Below, one piece after another: positions 56,377 to 64,000 of a DNA stretch of 64,000 nucleotides (position 1 is the first letter of the stretch; every line of letters starts with the position of its first letter). The stretch is from Yuukianura sp. NJ FZ-2021 (Eukaryota), in assembly GCA_046563655.1 (NCBI GenBank), contig CM102287.1:6324001-6388000 (forward strand), in the 5' to 3' direction. The translations under genes and the position numbers were made by a program. The notes below the pieces were generated by a model that was not told the origin of the DNA, searched no databases, and worked only from the letters and a program-made list of their open reading frames with translations.

Positions 56377-56856
56377 CTTAATTTGAATTCGCACAAATGC
56401 AGGACAGCAAAGAAGTAGAATAATTTAGATGCACCTTAAAATTTCTAAGCTTGACACAAAAATGTACGATTTCCAAAATTAGCCGAGCGAGCGAGCTGGT
56501 CGTTTCTAGTGAATTCTGATTGATGAGAATTATCATCGTTGTTAGGGAAAGTTTGTTTGCTTGGAGCGTGTTAAGACAACGCTTTAGTGGTAACCTTAGT
56601 GACACAATTTTCAAAGTTTTTGAGTAAAAAAAAATTGCAAAATTGAAACTGAAAGTTGCGTTTGCTGCCATGCCAAAAGGACACAAAACTGGAGCGAGAG
56701 ATTTATTTTCATCATTCGGTTTTTTCGCCATTTTTTTCGTTTCGTTTCCGCAAATCCTGTAGGTACGCTCGCACTACTGTCAACGAAAAGCCGAAAAAGT
56801 TGTAATTTTGGGAAGAATCATCTCTTTGCGCAATCATCACTGGAAAGCTAAAAGAA

Positions 56857-57233
56857 ATGGTAATCATTTACACTGGAATACTTAACAATTAAAAATGAAA
56901 CAAAATAGTATATATTTTGAATAATACATTTCTCCTCATTTTTAATTGCAGACTGAAGAAAAACTGGAAACTCTTGAGAAAGGGGAACACCATGGACCCT
57001 TGTACCAACAAACGCCTCTACTTTACGAAGAAACGGGCACTGTGACCTCACGCCTCTTCATCGTCGCAATTTCATTGATGGTTACCCCGCTTCTGCTTCC
57101 AATGATTCGTATCGTAGCGGAATACTCATATCAGTTGATGTACTACGTAGGAGGAGTCGCTGCATTTGGATTCTTTTTTGTCCAGTTCCTGGACTGCGTA
57201 CTGTTTTTCATCCATTATGCGCTCGGGCACTAA
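56857..57233 (+). CDS. Small predicted two-TM protein (94 aa), unknown function
   Basis: ATG|gtaatc at 56857-56859 splices to ttgcag|act at 56952; two hydrophobic stretches; AATAAA overlaps the stop. Confidence 0.5.
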
Positions 57234-57590
57234 ATAAAGATCTACAAATGCAATAAATATGGACATTTGATTTTCTTGGCACATTCAAATCTTTTATTCC
57301 CACTATGTCAACCTAACATAAACTTCCATTAAAAGTTCAAGTTGTAAAACTGTTATAAAGTTACTGACGTTGATTCGCTCAACTTTCATTTACAAAACTA
57401 CAAATACTTTGTGAATCGTAACTACTAACGTATCTAAAAGAGTTGCATCAGGGTCGGATTGCAATAAAAAACTTATTTTGTTCTTCTCGATGTAGACATG
57501 AATTCAAAAAAAACTATTCAATCTCAGAATGTAGAATCTAAATTCTAAAACAGATTTAGAATCTTAGAAGAGTCGAAATAAGTCGTAATT

Positions 57591-60500
57591 TTAAGATCGA
57601 ATGTTGAGATTTGAGAGGAAAGCATCAATTTGTCCAGTTGCTGGAGAATTCATGGCTTCCTGTGCATCAGCATGAAGACCTGGAAGGCTAGCGGCAGACG
57701 GTTGATAAGCAAACTGATTTCGGAATAGAGGGCTTTGGTACGGGAATGGTTGAGTTGCAGGTTGTTGTTGAAGATGCTGATTGTAATACTGGAGTTGCGG
57801 TTGGCCAAAACTTTGCAACTGAAATTGTTGAGGTTGCTGCTGCTGCTGCTTCGGTTCAACAAATCCGCGCAGGCGCTGTGTCAGAGTAAACTGCTGCTCG
57901 TCTTGTTTCTGCGGTGCCTGGACCAGGACTGATGTGTATCGGCCTGTAGATGGATCAAAAACCAGTTCTGTTTTGTATTGTCCAAAGTCATTCACCTGAC
58001 TAGGCTGTTCTTCCTGAATGGAATTTGTTGGAAGAATTGGCTGAGGTAGAACTGGTCTTGCTGGTTGGTAAGCTGGATGTTGCGCAGGCGCAGTTGGAGT
58101 GGGTTGTTCTTGCAGAATGTTGGCAGCATTTCCGCTGCCGAAGTACTGGCGATGTGGAAATCGGTGGACAGACCCTGAGTGATACCGAGGAACTTGTGGG
58201 AATGGAGGCAGCGTCGGTGGCTGGAATTGTGGTGGATGTTCTTGTAACTGTTGCTGTTGCGCGAAATGTTGCTGTTGTAGTTGCTGAGAAAATGGTTGCA
58301 ACGGTTGCTGCTGTTGCGGAATAAATTGTGGCCTCTGGATTCGCTGTAGTTCTTGTTCAAAATCGAAAGCTTTGTTTGCCCCTCTCTGTTCCAGTATTGG
58401 TCCAGCCGTTGGAAACTGTGGAATTGTCGGTTGTGGTTGCTGAAATACTGGTCGTGGTTGCTGAAATGCTGACTGGACTGAACGACCTTGAAGTTGCAGT
58501 AGTGATGGAAAAGTTGACGGTGGGGAAGGCGTTGTTCCAGGAGTTGCTCGTTGCGTCACTTTCACTTGCGGTGGTCGAAATGTCGTAGGTTGTGCAAATT
58601 CTGGCCTATGCCTAGGAGATCCTGCTTGAAATCGTTCTCTGCAAAGTGAAAAGATGAAAATATTTTAGAAGTTCTTCTAAATTCCAATTTTTGTTTTTCT
58701 CTTTTCAAAATTCAATTTTTACCTGTGAGTAAGTCGAAATGCGGGTGGAATGGCCTCTTCAGTGCCCGCCTGTTCCAAACTTTGCTGTACATCTTGTGTA
58801 ATAACTGGTCTTCTGGGTCTGCTAATAGGAGCTCTGCGTGGTGGCTTTTCCGGTTCTTCTAGAGCGTCATCTTTGTCAGGGTCATTAGGGTCACAGGGGT
58901 TACCAGAAACATAGGCAAATTCCCTTTGCACTCCATCTGGGTCAACATACCTAGGGAGACAATAGAATTCCAATTTGCATTTCATTTTAATTGTCCATTA
59001 CGTAAGTTGGAATAATTTTGGTGGTCGGAATGATTATCCCTCCCATGTTTTACAATATTCGGATCAAAAGTAGGTCAAAGGCTTCGCCTATGGGCTTATG
59101 ATTCACAAAAACACTGCTGGTCTAATTAATCTTTTAGTCTATATTTTGGTACAGAATTGATGATGCTTTTCTAGAGTGTTACAAAGTTTGCGTTTTACTT
59201 ACTACTGCGAAGGCATGTCTGTAATTATCAATGGAAATGGAGGTGACCAAACAGAATTCAATGTTCAATGGGACGCAATTCCCAAAATTGGCCAAGTAGT
59301 TTCAATAATTGTAACAAAAATTATTTCAAAGTGATTGAGAATGTCATAAAAAAAATGACATCGTCTGTCACATCCGTAGGTTACTACACCATTGGGAACT
59401 TTTAAACTTTTCAGGCATTCAGTTCTCGCGTTGCAGTAACAAAAAAGAAGAATGCATTACGTTAAAACACAAAAAGCATTCTGAATTCTAAAAAGTTCAT
59501 TTTCTGACTCAAAGAAAATCAAAATTTTTACCCATATTTTCCTCGAACGACACAGTCGGTTCCGCGAGTTTCTTCTTTGAAAGACCCATCTTCACCTACA
59601 AGCATTTCAAAACGTTAGATTAGCTTCACTTTCCTCTAAGGTCAACTTTTGCAGAGGTCAATCCCAACTTTAGTCAGCCCATTACCTTCATATCCAAAAG
59701 TGAATGACCCATCTTCGTTTATTCTGCTGAAGTTACGCGTAGTTCCAATTGGTTGTTTCTTATTTTCTTCATCCACAGCTCCACGGTCTTTCAAATTGAC
59801 ATTGGCAAGGAGTGCTGAACGAGTGCTTGACGGAGTGGCCTTGCGATACATGGGAACCACTCGAACTGGCTCAATCACTTGTGGCTGGTCTTCAAAAATG
59901 GGCTACAATTCACAATTAGAGCAACATTAGGCAATAAAAATATGATATATAATTAATATACTACATACGCACGTAGATACACGCTCAATTTTTCATTATG
60001 CTATAAACCATTAAACACCTTCGCAGCATTAATCAACTTCTATTCTTCCCAATCACGCAACGCAAGGTCAGCGTGGGCATAAACAAAGCATTGATCTTCC
60101 CGTCAGCAATTATTGGCCCAGCATTGTTGTTGCTTAGTCTGTGGACTCATTGGCACAAACAATGCCAAACGTAAATTACTCTCTGAAAACGAGAATTTCA
60201 CACCTTGATGGTCACTTCTATTACAACCGAGGAGACCAAGAATTCACTTTCACTAGCGTGTGAAAATCTGTCTGAATGTTGATGATGAATATGGCTTTGT
60301 TGGTTTTTTATAAATCACTCACAAACTGGGTCGTAACAAAAGCATTATGTGAATTTTTAACTCTAGGAAATGAATAATTTCTGACTCAAATGCGTAGAAA
60401 TTATTTTTGTACAGAAACTTTTATGCAACTGGGAAATAAATCCTGAAGCGATCTCATCATTTCTTGGGCTCAGCACAAGTCCAAATAGACTCTGGGCTAT

Positions 60501-61326
60501 CAATCATTCTGCCTCTTTAAAGTCAGCAAGGCGTCCCTATATTATCTCAGTCAGTAATACTTTGCTGATGAAATATGGATTTCGCATAATGCATAAAAGA
60601 GGATGCAATTTTGCCAAAATGACTTTTGACCCCTGAGAGACCATAAATTGAAATGCGGTGGTCCTTTGAAGGAATTTTTAATTTCAAAATTCAAATTATA
60701 TCTTGCAATTTTTGTTTGCTCTTTTGATCTTACCTGCTGTAGCAACTCCCGAGCATCTTGAAAACTGTAGCTGTAGATATTCCCAGCGTCAAGTGAATTT
60801 GGAGAAGGAGAGGGTGTTTGTGGTTGTAATTGTGACGGAATCTGTGGTTTGTTGACACGGATTCGACGCAGACGCGGTACTGATGGCACCGTAACTGCAT
60901 TTCCGTTTGAATCAACGATATTTGGGCGTCGAATGCGATACTTCCGCAACACTTTTCTGGGAATATTGCTATCTTCCTTTTCTCCGGTATCTTCAAGTTG
61001 TGGTTTTCCCAACGTCAGTCCACTCACAAGAAAGAGTACTAAAATTCTCTGAAAAGAAAATGTTTCTGTATTAGATTTCAAACTTTTCATGGAAATACTT
61101 CCGAATCGGTTGAATATTTTGCTGAATAGAGGGGCAGAATTGGAAATTTTTATTTTTTAGTTCCTTGTTGGATGCTGAAGTTTTGTCTAGCTTTAAGTTG
61201 AGGATTTTGGTTTACGATTAGAATTTGGTTTAGTAAAAAGAATTAATTCTAGTAATTAACTAACGTATACTTTTTAAATTTATTCAAATTGAAACAAACT
61301 GAGGGCAATACCACAAAAATCCGCAT
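57591..61326 (-). CDS. Cuticular protein with Cys-containing Rebers-Riddiford domain and Q/P-rich tail
   Basis: MRIFV/RILVLFLVSGLTLG signal; RNFSRINEDGSFTFGYEG/EDGSFKEETRGTDCVVRGKYG/YVDPDGVQREFAYVSGNPCDP across exons near 59750-58880; Q/P-rich last exon ending at 57591. Confidence 0.88.
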
Positions 61327-64000
61327 GTTGAAACGTATTCGCTGGAGTCAAAATTTTCTGAAACTGCTTCAAAAAATTTTGGAACTGAATAACACTGTTT
61401 AATTACTTTGAGTAATAATTAATATTCAAGATTATTTGGATCACAGATGACACAGGTCAAAACTTCTGACGTAAACTAATTATGACTGCGTTAAAATTGA
61501 CACCAAATTTTAAGTTCGCAATATCTAATGCGTCACTGCTCTTCCTGAAGGACCCTTGTCAAATGAACTGTGAATTTGTGGGACTGTTATGTTTTTAAGT
61601 GCACCCAGAACCTTAAAGTGTATCAAACCTAGGACTCTAGGGACTTGGATTAGACTCGAGATGGACAGAAGGTGCACCAGTGACCATTCCTCACTTCATC
61701 AGTTTCCACCAACCTACACTACTAGTAGTTACATGAACTAATTTCTTAAAGCAGAGCAGCATAATGTAGATCTACAAAATAGTACGAATGAACTTATTAT
61801 TCCCAATTGCCCCGTAATTCAGCATTAGTCCAACTAATTCATTTTTATGCAACAAACATTAAGTTATGTTATACTCCGTAAGTTATAGCTCTAATGCGAA
61901 AACGTAGCTCAGAGGGAAGGCACGCCGCGTCATTTTTGTCGAAATAAAAATTCAGGAATTTCTGACTTTGCAATGAAAGTGAAACTTCCATTGTTTTCAA
62001 TGAGTGGGGCGAATTTAATGGACACTGATGCCGCTGTTTCAATTTCTTGTTTTATTGTTGTTTACGTTCTTAAAATTTTCATAACATTTTCAAAATCATC
62101 CCTTTTTATTGTAATTCATCATCCAAAAAGCATCTTCTTCACTGCATTTTCGCTTTAAAAAGACAAAGACACACAAGACGAACAAAAAATATGTATATGC
62201 CGAGTTGTAGTGCAGGCATTTAGAACTAGAAGTAACCAAATTAACCATAATAGCTAATATATAAACTTTCGAATTTTTGGAGCTAAAGTAAATACGAAAG
62301 GTTTGAACCCAACCGAATTTTGAAAATCCAGGTTGATATATTCCACGGTGTGTGGCAAATCTTCCGCTTACAATTTATCGTAACTCACCCGATACCTAAC
62401 GTAATGAAAATTGTAAGTTCCAACGTTCTGTGTCCCGTTTGTTGATTATTGGCTGTATTGTAACATCTTATAGGTCATGCCGGCAATGTTTTGACCCTTG
62501 GTGCCACACCTCTCTCGAATCTGATTTCAAAACAATGATTTAGCGTTTGCCACTTGAATTCAAGTGTATGTCGCAAAAAAAAATCAGATTCGATTATTTT
62601 TGCAAACTGCAAGTAGCAACTAATAAGAACAAGACGTCCAAACTGCGTTAAGGTAAATAATGGTACGCAGAGCTTCACTGCGTTCATTTCTAATTCAAAA
62701 CAACATTTCCAAATAAGCCAAGCCAAGAGGGCAGCGATGTCCTAGAATCGCTGGACGCTGCAGCGCTTTTCTACCAAAGCTACTTGAACCACACTATTGC
62801 TTAAGTTCTTTGACTAAACTCGGTGAAGGACAGTTGTATAACAATGGCAGAGACCAGCATTCAAAATGGTACAGTTTTTTGTTCATTGTACTACAAATCC
62901 AAATTGTTTAAAAATAGCAGTTCTTTCTTATTGTTATTTTGGGTGATTTCAAATTGGAGGCCAAAAGTTGAATCGGAATTGATTCTGCATGATTCAGCTA
63001 TTAAAGATGAGCTTCCCTAGAAATAAAAACAAGCAATGCTCAGTCTTGACGTTGACACGTTTCTAATTTGTTTTCAAGTACAGTTGCTCACTTCTAATTG
63101 GCAAAAAGTGATCTTGTTTTGGAATGCAGTACATGATCATGCTATTGATTTTGGTTCAAAGATCAAGTGGAATCGTGATGTTCAAGTAACCGATTTAGAA
63201 CTGATAGGCATGACTTCACTTTTCGAACCTGACTGACAGTTGAACAGATTTTGTGGTTACGTAAAAGCCACAACTTGACCCCGACCTTCCTCGTTGGTAG
63301 TCAATCATAAATATTGCTTTTTTAGGCACGCCTTTGCGTAAATTAGAATTTGATCTGAAAATCTAAATTAGAAATTCAAAACAAGAAATTAAATCTTTTC
63401 GAAATTTTTTGAACTTCTCACGTTCTTACATAATTCTTGATTATAAAATTCAAAATTCATGGATTAAACAACTTGGTTATAATTAGAACAAGTCCTGAAT
63501 AGGAACAATGACACAGAAGCTGTGACAAAGAAAGAAATAGTGTGACACAGGCAATAGTTTGCAATTTTGCAAATATTGACAACGCCTAGTCTGAACATGC
63601 CTACACACGCCTACGCCGCAAGTCATTCTGACTTGTACGTGTCACCAGAAGTGTCTCTGTTTACATGACGCTCAAGTGGCATGTTCATATATTACTCAAC
63701 TGGAACGCAAACGCGAAGGAAGTTTTGGCAAACAAAACTGTTAAATACGAACATTCCTTTGTATTCAAACATCAACGTCCAACGGATGAATAATTTCTAT
63801 TGCTTTAAATGAACTGAATTAACAATACATGATGAAGTTTCAATTTCAAACTCATGAAACATTTTCATTTATGGTTTTGTTTGTTCAAAATCTTTGAATT
63901 TCATAAACAAAAGCAACCACTCCTCAGACTTCAGCAGAATTCAAAAATGACCTACACGTATCATCGCCTAACGTTTAATATCACTGTGCAAAATTGCAAC

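Noticed and set aside
51841..58588. Many overlapping plus-strand ORFs rich in Val/Leu/Ala over the cuticle genes
   Set aside because: Antisense shadows of Gln/Pro-rich coding exons.
61400..64000. Short ORFs and possible RNA genes at the right end; also CRISPR, tRNA, rRNA or transposase anywhere in the window
   Set aside because: No motifs, repeat-spacer arrays, cloverleaf or transposase/RT signatures recognised by eye; treated as intergenic.

Overview
Gene-dense eukaryotic genomic DNA from an animal, almost certainly an arthropod: short GT-AG introns, two Rebers-Riddiford cuticle proteins, an AAP-repeat cuticle protein, FGFR, a PVR/VEGFR-like kinase, V-ATPase H, RpL37, PACRG. A springtail-like host is a guess from gene content, not demonstrated. 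The main result is an intron-containing, fungal-type shikimate-pathway gene pair embedded among ordinary animal genes. A class II DAHP synthase (38790-40635, +) sits head-to-head with a remodelled AROM gene that keeps DHQ synthase, type I DHQ dehydratase and shikimate dehydrogenase, has lost the whole EPSP synthase domain, and retains only a P-loop-less shikimate kinase remnant. The pair is predicted to make dehydroshikimate/shikimate but not chorismate, and animals are generally held to lack this pathway. The AROM-like gene and a neighbouring cuticle gene appear twice, on either side of a 100-N gap, which most likely reflects uncollapsed haplotypes. Other notable items: candidate mutually exclusive Ig3 exons in FGFR, a propeptide-like plus 12-Cys secreted protein missed by the ORF track, a candidate amidated cationic peptide precursor, and a TGTACA cluster in the shared promoter. 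All homology calls come from motif recognition by eye; no searches were run.
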